Shown here one piece after another: positions 13,611 through 27,659 of a stretch of 64,000 nucleotides of DNA. How positions within the stretch are numbered: the stretch's first letter is position 1; each line of letters starts with the position of its first letter. The position numbers and the translations under genes are program-made. The notes under the pieces are model-generated. The model made no database searches and was not told where the DNA came from. It was given only the letters and a program-made list of their open reading frames with translations. This DNA comes from Carcharhinus amblyrhynchos. Taxonomy: Eukaryota. Location of the stretch: the NCBI GenBank assembly GCA_965287045.1, contig OZ336893.1:27094001-27158000 (forward strand), read 5' to 3'.

Positions 13611-14398
13611 TCTGAAGGTTGTCACACATCAAGGCATCGGAGATAGTCATCAGGCTGACAGGAAGGCTTAGAGATGCATAAATGTTATTTGTTCTTTCTC
13701 CCAGATGTGAAATACATTCCTGCATAGTGTTTTATTCAATACTTTTTCATATATTCATAAGAAATTAACAGGCAGGGCACGATCTGCTGATCCATCACAC
13801 ACCAGGATAGCTGGAGTATCAAGACTGAATACCCCTTCCCTCCTAATTCCATTCCTCTCCACCCCACCTCCCTCCCCTTTCCATGTTGCCAGCACCCCTG
13901 CCAACTCCCAACTCACCCCTTCCCACAGCCCTGTAATCCCTTAGAGTGGAATAAAAGACACAGAAAAATCTCGAGATACATCAGGCAGAATGGTAGAACA
14001 GTGATTAGTACTGCTGCTTCACAATGCTAGGGACCCCAGCCTCCAGTGACTGTGTGGAGTTTCCATGTTCTCCCTGTGACTGCGTGGGGTTTCTTCTGGG
14101 TGCTCCAGTTTTGTCCCACACCCCAAAGGTGTGCACGTTACGTTGATAGGCCATGCTAAATTACCCCTTAGTGTCAGGGGGATTAGCAGGTGAAAAATGC
14201 ATGCAGTTGCAGGGATAGGGCCTGGGTGGGATTGTTGTTGGTGCAGGCTTGTTGGCCTCCTTCTGCGCTGCAGTGATTCTGTGATTCTGAAGCAAGGGAA
14301 AAATACACTGGAAAATCTCTCGTTGACCCCCTTCAGGCAATCAAGGCATTCCAGGAGATCAGAGGGACCAAGTGTTATCTGGAAGGAGAGCATATAAT

Positions 14399-15717
14399 TG
14401 GGGTAGTCAGAGTATTATTATCTCAGCTGGCTGTCTCACAAATTTGCAGTTCTGCTCGAATCACTCAACTGGATCTCAGTCTCCAACAGGTTGTCCCAAA
14501 AGTGTGGGGCAAAACTCATCCCTGAAGGGACAAAGGACAAACAGTCAAAGTAAGGGACAATCCCTTAAAGTATGGGATAGTTGAGTACCCTACCTTCAGT
14601 AGGACTGAATCCAGTTGCCTCTTGAAGACATGGCAGAAATCATTCTCTATCCATCAGCCAGCGATATATTCCCTGGAATATACTGCTCTCTGGAAATCAT
14701 CACAAAAGTTAATGTAATTACTGGGAATTATAAAGGAAGGGAATTTGGAGTCAGTCCCATTGTGTGAGCAGCGCCAGAGAGAAGGTATCTATGCTCCCAT
14801 CCTCACCCTCAGCCTTTGTTCGCCACCTGTATGGTTAGGTGAGCATCCAGTTTGGTTTAAACAAACTTCTTACATCAGCCCCAATTTGAGTTCAACCTCC
14901 ACAGCAGTTCAGCTTTCCCAGCAGTTTGAGTCTGAGCTGCAGCCCTGAGCAGTGTTCTGCGGGCTGAACCTCAATGAATATGCTCAAATTCTACATCCTC
15001 ACACTTCATTGTCATAAGGTCATGAATCATGGGGTTTGGAGCTTATCCCTCCTTCTTAATGTGTAGCTGCAGTGATTGGAATATTGCTAATTTTACTTTG
15101 CCAAATTTCGCAAAATACAGTGCCCTGTAAAATGCAACATTATTTTTATTTGTCCATGGGACAAGGGCGTCACTGGCTGGCCAGCATTTATTGCCCATCC
15201 CTTGGAGGTTAGTTGGGAGTCAACCACATTGCTGTGGCTCTGGAGTCACATGTAGGTCAGACCAGGTAAGGGCTGCAGATTTCCTTCTCTAAAGGGCTTT
15301 AGCGATGGGTTTTTTCAACAGCAGTTTCGTGGTCATCAGTAGATTCTTAACTCCAGATATTGTTTATTGAATTCAAATTCCACCACCTGCTGTGGCGGGA
15401 TTTGAATCCAGATCCCCAGAACATTAGCTGAGGTTCTGGATTAATAGTCTAGTGATAAGACCACTAGGCTATTGCCTCACCAAATCCTGATGATCCTCCA
15501 TAATTGCACTGTGATATGGGTCATATGGTGTAGGCAGGGTAATCAACTGTCCCATATTTTAAGGGATTGCCCCTTATTTTGACTATTCGTCCCATGTCCT
15601 TTCTTTGTCCAACACTTTTACAACAACCTGTTAGAGATTGAACCCAGTTGAGTGATATGAGCAGGACTGCAAGTTTGTGAGACAGCCAGCAGAGATAATA
15701 ATACTCTGACTTCCCCA
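14399..15717. repeat. ~190-bp imperfect inverted repeat (14399-14595 / 15532-15717)
   Basis: AGTCAGAGTATTATTATCTC...GGCTGTCTCACAAA...AGTTGAGTACCCT pairs with AGGGTAATCAACT...TTTGTGAGACAGCC...GAGATAATAATACTCTGACT. Confidence 0.88.
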
Positions 15718-16675
15718 CTCTTATGATCACAAGAACCTCTCTATCCAGCCACCCTCACTCCTGCTCCTCCTGCAGCAGTCCAACTCTGCTCCTATGTTTG
15801 CCAGTAGCCCTCTCCCGTTCACTTAGTAACTGTTATGCTACCATTCTTCCCCAATACTACAGTCAAAGGGCCTTGTTTTATTTTGTAGAAGTTAGTCACC
15901 CTGAGTATAAGAACACTGTGATGTGGGTCACCTAGTACGAAGCAATGCTCAGTTTCATGTTTAACAGGGAAATTCTTTTCTGGGCCAATATTTACTCCAC
16001 AACTACCATTACTAAAAGGTAATCATCCTATCATTATCACATTGCTCTTTTGGGATGTTGCTACGTAAAGTATCTCTGCCTCGTTTCCTATTTTACAAAA
16101 CCGACTGCATTTCTAAAAGTACTTAATTGGTTGTAAACTGCTTTGGAACATTTGGGGATTGTGACAAGCACATTAGAAAGTGCCAAGTTTCTCCTGTTCT
16201 TTCATTTGAATTGTTCGTGGGGACCCCCCTCTCATAATGCCCTGAACATTATTTTCAATGCTGTTCGAGATATCCTGCACCAACAAATCACCAGGCACAG
16301 AGACACCTCTCTCTCCAGGGCAGGACAAGTAGACCTCCAGCCAGGCAGTGCAAATAGGGCATTCTCCAAATTGAATCCAATACTGCAAAGCTGCAAGCAC
16401 AAATGCACCAATATTCAGGCATTGCCTAAGGGCTGCACAGTGGTTAGCACCAGTGACCTGGGTACAATTCCGATCTTGGATCACTGTCGGTCGGGACTTT
16501 GCATGTTCTTCCCGTGTCTGCATGGGTTTCCTCCAGGTGCTCTGGTTTCCTCCCACAGTCCAAAGATGTGCAGGGTAGGGGAAATTAGTAGGGTAAATAC
16601 AAGGTTACAGATACTGAGTTGGTGTGGTTTTGATGGGCTGAATTGCGTCCTCTGGAACTGTAAGGATTCCAAGAT

Positions 16676-17005
16676 ACTTGCGGGAGAGTCCAGGACCAGA
16701 GGATATAATCTCAGAGTAATGGGTTGCCCATTTAAGACAGAGATTAGAAGGAACGTTTTTCTCACAGTGGGTAGTGAATCTGTGGCATTCTTTACAGTAG
16801 ATTGTTGTAAGGACTGGGTCGTTATGTACGTTTGAGGCTGTGATAGACAAATTTTTAATCAGTAAAGGAATCAAGGGTTATGAAGATAAGAAAGGAGAGC
16901 GGAGTTGAGGATTATGTCAGGTCAGTCATGATCTCATTGAATGGAGGGCATATCAGACTTGATGGGCCAAGTGGCCTACTTCTGCTCTTATGTCTTATGG
17001 TCTTA
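16676..17005 (+). mobile_element. CR1 3' end
   Basis: AGESRTRGYNL...EIRRNVF-like end plus tail GGCCTACTTCTGCTCTTATGTCTTATGG. Similar 3' ends lie at ~1280-1560, 5870-6340, 11372-11645(-) and 18615-18780. Confidence 0.8.
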
Positions 17006-17677
17006 TAGTCTACTGTATGCTAGATTGTTATGACATCTTCTATTTACTGTTCCAGTAACCGGGTTGTCTCCTGCATCATTCCATTTCCTTTGGATCCCAT
17101 GCTGCCTCTGTGTTTTGCACTGGAAGCTGAAGGCTCAATGGAATTACGAGGTTTCACTCCAATTCCCTGGCAGTGTGCCTGGGTGTCTGCCAGAAAGTAT
17201 TATCCATCAAGTGTCAGATAATGGTTTCCGAGACATAATTTGAGAGTGTATCCTGTTTTCATGGGTCTGTGCTGTAGGTTGCATATCCGAAAGTCTCTTG
17301 ACAGCTCATATTAGAAGGACAAAATTATTGAATGAAATGGATCCAGAATTACTTGGCATTCATCATTATCAGCTGGGTTTGTGTGTAAATATTAAATATT
17401 TAGAAATTCTCGGCCTTTCGTTGAGAGACCGTAACAGTGTTTAGGATCCATGCCAGGAAACGCTTCACACGAAGAGTGTTGGTCGTGTCAGTGGAGATGA
17501 GGATGTTATTTTACACAGAGATTTGTTATGATCTGGAATACACTCTCTGAAAGGGCAGTGGAAACAGATTCAACAATAAACTTCAAAGGGGAATTGGATA
17601 AATACTTGGAAAGCAAACATTTGCAGGGCCACGTAGAAAGTATAAAAGGAGTGAGACTAATTGGCTAGCACACAGCG

Positions 17678-18020
17678 GGAGGTGATGGCCTAGTGGTATT
17701 ATCGCAAGATTCTTAATCCAGAAACTCAGTTAATGTTTTGGGGACCTGGGTTCGAATCCCGTCACAGCATATGGCAGAATTTGAACTCAATGAAAAGTAC
17801 CTGGAATCAAGGATCTTCTGATGATCATGAAACCATTGTTGATTGTTGGAAAAACTCATCGTGTTCACTCTTTAGCAAAGGAAATCTGCAGCCCTTACCT
17901 GGTCTGGCCTATGTGTGACTTCAGAGCCACAGCAATATGGTTGACTCTCAATTGCCTTCCAAGGGCAACTAGGGATGGGCAATAAATCCTGGTCAGCCAG
18001 CGATGCCCCATATCCCATGA
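17678..18020 (+). mobile_element. Second tRNA-derived SINE family
   Basis: Head GGTGATGGCCTAGTGG...GGTTCGAATCC, core GGAAATCTGC...CCTTACCTGGTCTGGCCTA, tail GCAACTAGGGATGGGCAATAAA. Other copies at ~1580-1905(-), 10755-11102(-), 15145-15478(-), 35066-35355+37057-37105(+) and 58740-59110(-). Confidence 0.85.
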
Positions 18021-21000
18021 ACTTTCAAAGAGGCAGCAGAGACATGATGAGCCTTTGGTGTCTGTCTGTGCTGCTTTATTGTAATCGTTGATTTTATCAT
18101 TTGGAATTGGGTTTGGATAGGGGTGCTGAAATCAAAAGTCCTGGAAATATTTATGACCCAGTTGCAAATTACGATGAAGATGGGTGGGGGCTGAGGGAAT
18201 GTGGTCAAAAGTTTGGCAACACAAGTTGTGTTGGATGACGTCCAAGAACTGGTCACTGGGGTGAAACATCAAAGTCTCAGATGGAGTGTCCAGTCTGAGT
18301 CCGTGCCGTCCAGGGTTGTCCTAATATCTCCAAGAATTAAAGATAATCTCTTGGCCATTACTGCCACAGAAAACTTGAGAGAAAAATTGTCGGGTCATTG
18401 AGGCAAAATGTGTTGTTTCTCATTTAATTTGAGGACTGTTATTTATTAGAGGAAAAGGAGAAAGATTATTTAACATACGGAGCAATTGAAGGGGAATGTC
18501 TTGTGTTGAAATCTCCAGGAATCCATCCATGATTTGGACACCCCAATCCGTGCTCTCAAGGTATGAGCAGAGAAGATTGGAGATAGGATAAAATTGGACT
18601 AGAATAATTGAAATGACTGTCTTTAAGACAGAGATTGATAGTTTCTTGATTAATAGGGGCTCAGGGGTTAAGGGATAAAGGCAGGAGAATGGGGATGAGA
18701 AAAATAATCAGCCGTAATCAAATGGCGGAGCAGACTCGATGGGCCAAGTGGCCTAATTGCTCCTATGTCTTACGGTCTTTTGAAATAAAACATTAACTGG
18801 CAGTAACCTATACGTAAATTTGTTCAGTTCTCATACTTACCCCATGTTAACGTTCCTCTTTAACTTTCAACCAGCTTTAATATGCTCAATGCTAAACACG
18901 GTGGCATCATCAGTCAATGGCCTTTCACCATGAAGATGAGTCAAATTCAGTTTACAGGCTGCCAACCCTACCAGATAGTACTGGAGCCTCCCATAATTAA
19001 ATAGGAGACAACTGTGAGCCAAACCTGTAGAAAAATGTGAAAATAAAGTTGTTTTCTTTAAATCTCCTTTGAAATCTTGTACTTACTAGTTGTGAAACAA
19101 TTTGAGTGAGAGGAAAAGACTGTCAGACTAGAGAGGATGTTGAAGGTTCAGGGATCATTTGATCAAATATCAAGGAACAACATTCCCCCAGGGTAGGCAA
19201 CCCCAGCCCCGTCTGATGAGACAAATTCCTTCCATGTGCTGGATGCAAGGGTCCCCTGTGAAATGAGGTGATCCAGTTCCACAAAGCAAACGCTGTCTCC
19301 AACTTCTTGCCTTTAAGTAGGCCACAGGCTCAACGTTAGCTCTGCTGCCTCACAGTGCCAGAGACCCGAGACTGTCTGTGTGGAGTTTGCCTGTTCTCTC
19401 TGTGTCTGTGTGGGTGTCCTCTGGGTGCTCCGGTTTCCTCCCACAGTACAAAGATGTATAGGTTAGTGAATTGGCTATGCTAAATTGTCCCTTCGTGTTC
19501 CAAGATGTGTAAGGGTTCGGGGGATCAATGAGGTAAATATGTGGGATTACAGGGACAGGGCCTGGGTAAGATACTCCATCTGAGTGTTGGTGCAGACCCG
19601 AAAGGCTAAATGGCCTCCTTCTGCATTGTAGGAATTCTATGCTGTACTGACCAGCGTTGGCAATGGAAGTTGTCGTACTGGTGCAGAGGGGGGGGGCACT
19701 CTGATGAAGTTAGGCATGAACTGTAGTGACTGAGGCAAAGCGAAAGCACATCTCCTCAGGCAAAATCTTACTTGGGAGCGCTGGCCATAGGAACAGAAAT
19801 AGGTAATTCAACCTCTCAAGGAGAGACATGCTGACTCAAAATGTTAACCGCTTCTCTTCACAGTTGCTTTCGGACCTGTTAAGTTTTTCCAGCTTTTTCT
19901 GTTCTTATTTCAGCCTTTCAATCCTTTCGCCGTTGCTGACCTGTATCTTAACTCCAGCTTGGTTCCATCACTCTTAATACCATCACCCAACCAAAACCTG
20001 TCAAACTCACTTTCAAAATTCTCAACTGATCCCTCAGACTCAGCAGTTTTTGGGAGTGGGAGGGGTGCATGTAGTTCCCTATTTCCACTATCCTTTGTGT
20101 GAAAGAATGCCTCACAACATCAAACCTGAAGAGTCAAACTTTAATTTTAAAGTTGGGCTCTCTTTTGTTCCAGAAATCCACTCGCCAGAGGAAATGATTT
20201 TTCTTTGTCTACCTCATTGGTCCTTTAATCATCTTGGACACCTATACATTTGACATCAAGAGCCTGAAGTGGATCATGTCAAGATCCCCAACTTTGGAGA
20301 AAAGAAATTGCGCAGGTTTTTAAAAGTGAGTTGAGAAAACTACATTTTCTTATTGTAGCAGGTACCAAATTAAACAGGACACCCCTCCCCCACCAACATA
20401 GAGTCATAGGCCGGTATTTTATGATCTTTTCTGAGTGAGGCTTGTACAATCCCGCCTAAGGCTAACAGAGAATTCCTGCCCCAATTCTGGAAAGGCATGG
20501 GGGGGTAAAATTCCGGCAATAGAATCATACAGTGCAGAAGAGGCCCTTCAGCCCATCGAGTCTGCATCAACACGCGAGAAACACCTGACCTCCCACCTAA
20601 TCCTATTTACCAGCACTTGACCTATAACCTTGATGCACACAAAATGGAGTGGAATCCATGGCCTCCTGTCAGATACCTGCTGGATCTCCATCACAATGAT
20701 GTCGTTCTCTCCAAGAAGTGTATGGAGTTAATTGGGAAGCGGCGTTGCCTTGTGTGAAGTGAATATTTGGCAGTTTTCAACTCACAAAAACTCGCGTTTT
20801 TGCAGATGTTTATCACAGGTTTATTCTGCAGCATCCTGGCACCTTGCCTGGTCATGTGTAGGAAATTCCTATCCGGCAGGACATTAGATAATGATTTCCT
20901 GGAATTTTTTTAATATGAAAAAGACAGGATCCTATCCTCCATGAACTTCTGGCCTAAACATTGTGTTCATCAACAAACTAATTTTCTCCACTCCAACCTT

Positions 21001-21789
21001 TTTAGTATCCATTCAATGTGCTTCACAAGACAGTATGTGGAGCCATCACCCGACAGATGTGTTGGATGAAAGTTGAAAATCAGCATTGAATGGAGTGTGT
21101 ATCATCAGCATGCTTCTTTTTCCATTGGCTGATACCCAAACTTCCTGCCTGGCAACAAGGGATCCTATTGTGATTGGCCAGTTACTTTCCTTTCCACCCT
21201 CCCAGGTCAAGAGCCAATGGGAAAATGGTCAGCGACAGAGTGATATGAGGAAGCAAGTCAGAGTAAGAAGTTTTCCAGCTGAACTTCCCCCACCTGAGCT
21301 GTCCCTGTCTCAGCTTTTCAGGAGTTCTGTAAGTATGCTTATATCTGCTATCTGGGGAGGGGAAAGAAACCAGCCAGTGTTCCAATTTTGGGGTGGAATT
21401 TTATGCATCTCTCCCACCCCTGGGTGCAGGTGGGGGATTAAGGTAAATTGGGTGGCATGACAGTGAAATTGTGATCATTACCCACCAACCTCTGTTGGTA
21501 TTTTATAGTGACCAGGTAGGGTGTGTCCATCTACCTTCCCATGCTTCCCACTGGAGATCCTCCAGTGGCCAATTTAATGGCCGCTTAAGGGTCTCCTCCC
21601 ACCATCACTGGTGTTTTGCCATAGCACAAGGTGAGGCTACAGGTTTTCACTCTGGGAATAAGGCACCCAGCGCCCAATGTAGCTTCTCAGGCAAAAGAAC
21701 TCACCAAAAATATTATGAAACCCACTGCACTTGAAAACCTGTTAGGAAGACTGGCACGAGAAACATCACTAGAAATAATTGATTTTACC

Positions 21790-22075
21790 TTAGAATCCCT
21801 ACTACGCAGAAGGAGGCCATTTGGCCCAACCCCACCTAGGCCCTATCCCCGCAATCCCATATATTTACCCTGCTTGTCCCCCTGACACTAAGGGGCAATT
21901 TAGCATGGTCAATCAATCTAACCTACGCATCTTTAGACTATAGGGAGAAACTGGAGCACCCGGAGGAAACCCATGTATGCAAAGTGTAAACTCCACACAG
22001 ACAGTGACCCAAGGCTGCAATTGAACCCGGGTCCCTGGCGCTGTAAGACACCAGTGCAAACCACTGTGCTGCCAT
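21790..22075 (-). mobile_element. HE1-like V-SINE
   Basis: Reverse-complement head, core and tail. Further - copies at ~23538-23842, 37345-37617 and 63104-63368. Confidence 0.85.
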
Positions 22076-22217
22076 GCTGTTCTATTGTTCGATAACCATA
22101 CTTGGGTTACCGAACAATAGAAACTTGAGAATATTTTTCTCCATATATAATTTTTTTAAATCTTTTATTTGCCCCTCAAACATTACATGTCATGAGATTG
22201 TTTCTTTTAATAATGAA

Positions 22218-22534
22218 CAGCACAGTGGCATAGTGGTTAGAACTGCTGCCTCACAGGGCCAGGGACCTGGGTTCAATTCCTGGCTTGGGTCACTATCTGT
22301 GTGGAGTTTGCACATTCTCCCCGTGTCTGCATGGGTTTCCTTCGGGTGCTCCAGTTTCCTCCCACAATCCAAAGATGTGTGGGTTAGGTGGATTGGCCAT
22401 GCTAAATTGATCCTTCAGGGCGACTAGCTAGGGTAAATGCATGGGGGTTATGGGGATAGGGCCTGGGTGGGATTGTTGTCTGTACAGGCACAATGGGCCA
22501 AATGGCCTCCTTCTGCACTGTAGGATTCTATGAT
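22218..22534 (+). mobile_element. HE1-like V-SINE, full length
   Basis: A-box and B-box head, V-core, tail GGCCAAATGGCCTCCTTCTGCACTGTAGGATTCTATGA. Confidence 0.9.
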
Positions 22535-24129
22535 TAAATTAGTGTCTTCTGATTCTTGACCATTCTGACAATGGAAACAGTTTCTCTCTATCTGGTCTAT
22601 CCAGACTCCTCATGATTGGACCCTTCATAACCTGTGGAATCAACTTCAGCCCTATATCCCCCCACCATACTCAGTTCTTCCGATCTGGGGAGTGCCCTAT
22701 GCTCCCTCCATTCCACTCCGCCAAAGCTCAGGAAACAAAGGGTGCCCACACAAAGAAAGAAGCATCAGGAGAGATGGCCAAAGGGGGCAGTTTGAAGGAG
22801 GGGCTTGATGGAGGAGAGGGAGGTGCAGTGGATTAGATAGATGATTACTTTTGGACCTTCCCCTGGCAGTTGTTGGCAGTGGAGCCAGCAAAACTTTCCC
22901 TGATTTTCGCATGGGTGTCTTTTCTTCAATATCAAAGCAGTCTCTTCGAAGGTTCCACTTTAACCCACACGTACATTTTGGAAAACTTTCCTGGGGCAGG
23001 AAATGAATCTCAGTGATGGCTGTGCCTCCACAGAATAATTCTCATTACCTGACAGGATTTGGAAAACACAATTCCAGCTGTGCGGCTGAAATGAAGCCAC
23101 CATATGACCTTCAGAGGTTCTATAACTCGATTAACTTGGGATCAAAGGCTACCAAGGCTTCAATCCAGGCACATTGGTGTGGCCAGCGTTGCACAGAATG
23201 AAGAAAGACTTGCTTTCATGACCTCTGGGCATCCCAAAACAATTTAACAGCTGCTGAAGCACTTTCAAAGTGTAAGCACCGTCGTAATTTCAGAAGTGCA
23301 GCAGAAATTTGTGCAGCAGAGATCAAGATCCCCAAAACAACAACGTGATAATGACCAGATAATCTGTTATTTCAGGTTTTGCTTGAGGGACAGATATTAG
23401 ACCTCCCTGCAATTGTTCGAAATGGTGTCAAGAGATCTTTTACATTCACCAGATGGGGTGTCTCAGTTTACTAATATTTTTTCCAAAAGACAGTTTCTCA
23501 CAATGCAACACGCTTTGCAAACTGCTCTCAAGTGTTATCATAGAATCCCTACCACACAGAAGAAAGCCATTCAGCCCATCGAGTCTGTACCAACCAATTT
23601 TCCATTCAAGCTCTATTCCCATAACCTCACACATTTACCCTGCTAATCCTCGAGTAAATTTAACATGGCCCATCAACCAAACCCGCACATATTTGGACTG
23701 TGGGAGGAAACCGGAGCACTCGGAGGAAACCCACACGGACATGGGGAGAAAATGCAAACTCCATGCAGACAGTGACCTGAGGCCAGAATTGAACCTGGGT
23801 CTCTGGCGCAGCGAGAGAGTAGTGCCAACCATTGTGCCCACCAAGCCACCCTATATCCTAGATTTGGGCATTATTTCACTTTGGGAATACCATCAATTTT
23901 AGAATGATACCTCTCTGTAGATTAGGCATATGTCTCATGGAAGAAACCTTATATTCATAGAAAGTAAATCAGAGGTTAGTTCTTCAGAGACTACTACAGG
24001 GTAGGTGTCTGCCAAGTTCCCTGTGTTCACATAATAGACCTGTTGAGATATGTGGAAGGACTGGAAATGTGTAACAAGGCCACATAAGTCAGGAAGAGTC
24101 TTTTTAGTTTACTCTCCCAGTCAATCAGC

Positions 24130-24899
24130 AATTGTAGACTATTATGTAAATGGTAAAAAATTGCAGCATACTGCTGTGCAGAGATACTTGGATGTTTTTG
24201 TGCAAGAATCACAAGGAATTGGTTTGCAGGTACAGCCGGTAATTAAGAAAGCAAATGGAATTTTGTCCTTCATTGCTAGAGGGATGGAGTTTAAAAACAG
24301 CGAGGTTGTGTTGTAACTGTATAAGGTGCTGGTGAGGCCACACCTGGAGTACTGAGTACAGTTTTGATCTCCTTACTTGAGAAAGGATATATTGGCACTG
24401 GAGGGGGTGCAAAGGAGATTCACTGGATTGATTCTGGAATTGAGAAGATTGGCTTATGAGGAGAGACTGAATAGACTTGGATTATACTCATTGGAATTCA
24501 GAAGAATGAGGGGAGATCTTATAGAAACATATAAGATTATGAAGGGAATAGATAAGATAGAAGCAGGGAAGTTGTTTCCAATGGCGGGTGAAACTAGAAC
24601 TAGGGGGCATGGTCTCGAATTAAGGGGGAGCAGATTTATGACTGAGTTGAGGAGGAACTTCTTCACCCAAAGGTTTGTGAATCTGTGGAATCCCTTGCCC
24701 AGTGAAGCAGTTGAGGCTACCTAATTTTTATGGCAAGGATAGGTAAATTTTTCAACAGTTAAAGGAATTAGGGATTATGGTGAGTGGGAAGGTAAGTGGA
24801 GCTGAGTCCACAGAAAGATCAGCCATGATCTTGTTGAATGGCAGAGCAGGCTCGAGGGGCCAGATGGCCTACTCCTGCTCCTAGTTCTTATGTTCTTAT
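24130..24899 (+). mobile_element. CR1 LINE 3' fragment
   Basis: KKANGILSFIARG, LEGVQRRFT and RRMRGDLIETYKIM with stops; tail TTCTTATGTTCTTA. Confidence 0.93.
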
Positions 24900-26310
24900 T
24901 ACAAAAAATTCAGAATCAGCTGTTGTAAATAAAGAATGGTTCTTATCTCATTTTGGAATGTCTCTGCACCAGAATCTGGAACATACGTAAAGAGAGAATC
25001 TTGCATTTATATGGCACCTATCATGACCTCAGGGCACCTCAATGCACATGAATAGTCATTGATGTTTGCTTGAAGTGCAATCATACTTGTAATGTAGGAA
25101 AGACCAATTCACTCCAAGCATGCTTCCACAAATAGCATTATTGAAATGACCAGATAATCTGTTTTAGTGATATTAGTTGCAGGGTAAATATTTGTTCCAG
25201 GACATAGGGACACTGAAGCTCTCTAGGTGTATCTTGCTAAATGGACCACAACAGTTCAAGAAAACTAACCACCAACTTTGGAAGGGCAAATAGGAATGGA
25301 CAACACGTACAGGGCAATTAATAAACAAACACGTATCTCCTGGGAAAAGGGGATAACAAGACTGGACACTATTTTAAATTCAGCTCCTCGCCTACCCATG
25401 TCCACGTTTTCTTAAGGCTCACACATAAACATAATCTCAAAACATTAAATGGCAATCACTCCACATGGACCAGTAGCCCAGTGAGGAATAAATGGCTTCA
25501 AGGAAGAGTTCCCTTCATGTTTTCTCTGGCAAATAACCTCTGCTTTGAATGAAAATACAACATTTTATAGGAATTTGGCTTCCTAAGGGACAATCATTGA
25601 TTATTGGACACTTGCTCAGTTCTCCTAATCTTATTTAAGACAGGTGTTTGGTCCTTAAGCGTAATAGGTTCAAAAGGCAGTGATTTGTTAATGTGTGAAA
25701 CTCTCTCAATGCATTCCAGGACATTGCACGTTCTCCCCGTGTCTGCATGGGTTTCCCCTGGGTGCTTTAGTTTCCACCCACAGTTCAAAGATGTGGGGGT
25801 TAGGTGGATTGGCCATGCTAAATTGCCTCTTTGTGTTGGGGGGATTAGCAGGTAAATACATGGGGTTACTGAGATTGGGCCTGAGTGGGATAGTTGGCAG
25901 TGCAGGTGCAATGAGCCAAATGGTCTCCTTCTGCGCTATAGGGATTCTATGATTCTATGACATTCTGAGGTCACTGCCTGTCTAAAACATTTCTGTCAAA
26001 GTCATCTCCTCCTCCTCCTCCTCCAGGAAGATTCAAAAATCATAGTTCCTGATCCTGTACAGGCTAATTTACCCTTTTTATATCTGATCATAGATATCAT
26101 CATGTCAGCGTAAATCACTTTCAAAATTCTCTTGTGGTACATTTTCACCTTTTGAATCAGCTATTACGGGCAGATTTATCTTACCTAACAAATTATTTCA
26201 CGATAAGAGTCAAAACTACACACTGATTCATCGCCTTCACATTAAGGTTAAACATGTGATACTATGTCTGCAGCATGAACTTTGGGTGGCATGCTGGGCA
26301 CATGTTTTAT

Positions 26311-27635
26311 ATAAGAACATAAGAAATAGGAGCAGGAGTAGGCCATCTAGCCCTTCGAGCCTGCCCTGCCATTCAATAAGATCATGGCTGATCTGTCGTG
26401 GCTCAGTTCCACTTTCCCGCCCTCTCCCCATAACCCTTAATCCCCTTGCCTATCAAAAACCTATCTACCCGCGTCTTAAAAATATTTAGCGAGGTAGCCT
26501 CCACCACTTCAACGGGCAGAGAATTCCAGAGATTCACCACCCTTTGAGTGAAGAAGTTCCTCCTCAACTCCGTTCTAAACTGCCCCCCCCCCCTTATCTT
26601 GAGGCTGTGCCCTCTAGTCCTACTGTCCTTTCTGAGCAGGAAGAGCCTCTCCACCTCTATCCTATCCATCCCATTCATCATCTTATATGTCTCAATGAGA
26701 GCTCCCCTCATTCTTCTAAACTCTAACGAGTACAAGCCTAGTTTATTCAGCGTTTCCTCATAGTTCAACCCCCTCAACTCCGGTATCAGCCTAGTAAACC
26801 TGCTCTGCACTCCATCCAAGGCCAAAATATCCTTGCGTAAGTGCGGTGACCAAAACTGCACACAGTACTCCAGCTGCGGCCTCACCAGTGCCCTGTACAG
26901 TTGCAGCAAGACCTCCCTACTTTTATATTCAATCCCCCTCGCTATGAAGGCCAGCATCCCATTCGCCTTCCTGACCACCTGCTGCACCTGCAGGCTGGGT
27001 TTTTGCGACTCATGCACAAGGACCCCGAGGTCCCTCTGCACCGTCGCATGCTGCAGTTTTTCGCCATGTAAGTAATAGTCCTTCCTACCAAAGTGGACAA
27101 CTTCACACTTGCTAACATTAAATTCCATTTGCCAGTTCCTGGCCCATTCGCCCAGCCTATCTAGATCCTTCTGCAGACTTTCCACACCCTCCGCGCAATT
27201 TGCCGTTCCACCAATCTTGGTGTCATCAGCAAATTTCGACACCATACACTCGGTTCCCTCCTCCAGATCATCTATATAAATGGTAAATAGCTGAGGCCCC
27301 AGCACCGATCCCTGGGGCACTCCACTAGTCACCAACCGCCAATCTGAATAGCACCCATTGACCCCCACTCTCTGCCTCCTATTTGACAGCCAATCCCCTA
27401 TCCACGCTAACACCCTACCCCCAACTCCATGCCCCCTAACCTTCTGTAATAACCTCTTGTGCGGCACCTTATCAAACGCCTTCTGAAAATCAAGAAACAC
27501 CACATCTACCGGCTCTCCTCTATCCACCGCCCTAGACGCATCCTCATAGAACTCCAATAAATTCGTCAGACACGACTTCCCCTTAACGAAACCGTGCTGC
27601 GTCTGCTCTGCCAAACAATTCTCCTCAAGATGCCA
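26311..27635 (-). mobile_element. Young 5'-truncated CR1 LINE with an open RT frame (ORF 26403-27638)
   Basis: QHGFVKGKSCLTNL, LDFQKAFDKV, GVPQGSVLGP, SKFADDTK and RPQLEYCVQFWSP motifs. CR1 3' tail ending ...TTCTTATGTTCTTAT. CpG-rich and stop-free. Confidence 0.96.
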
Positions 27636-27659
27636 CAAAAAGCTGCGTTGTCATGAATA

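Noticed and set aside
16143-16835. 230-aa ORF
   Set aside because: Chance read-through across a Deu-SINE tail, a V-SINE and a CR1 3' end.
22218-22290. tRNA genes at SINE heads
   Set aside because: A/B boxes run directly into multi-copy SINE cores, and no complete cloverleaf is present.
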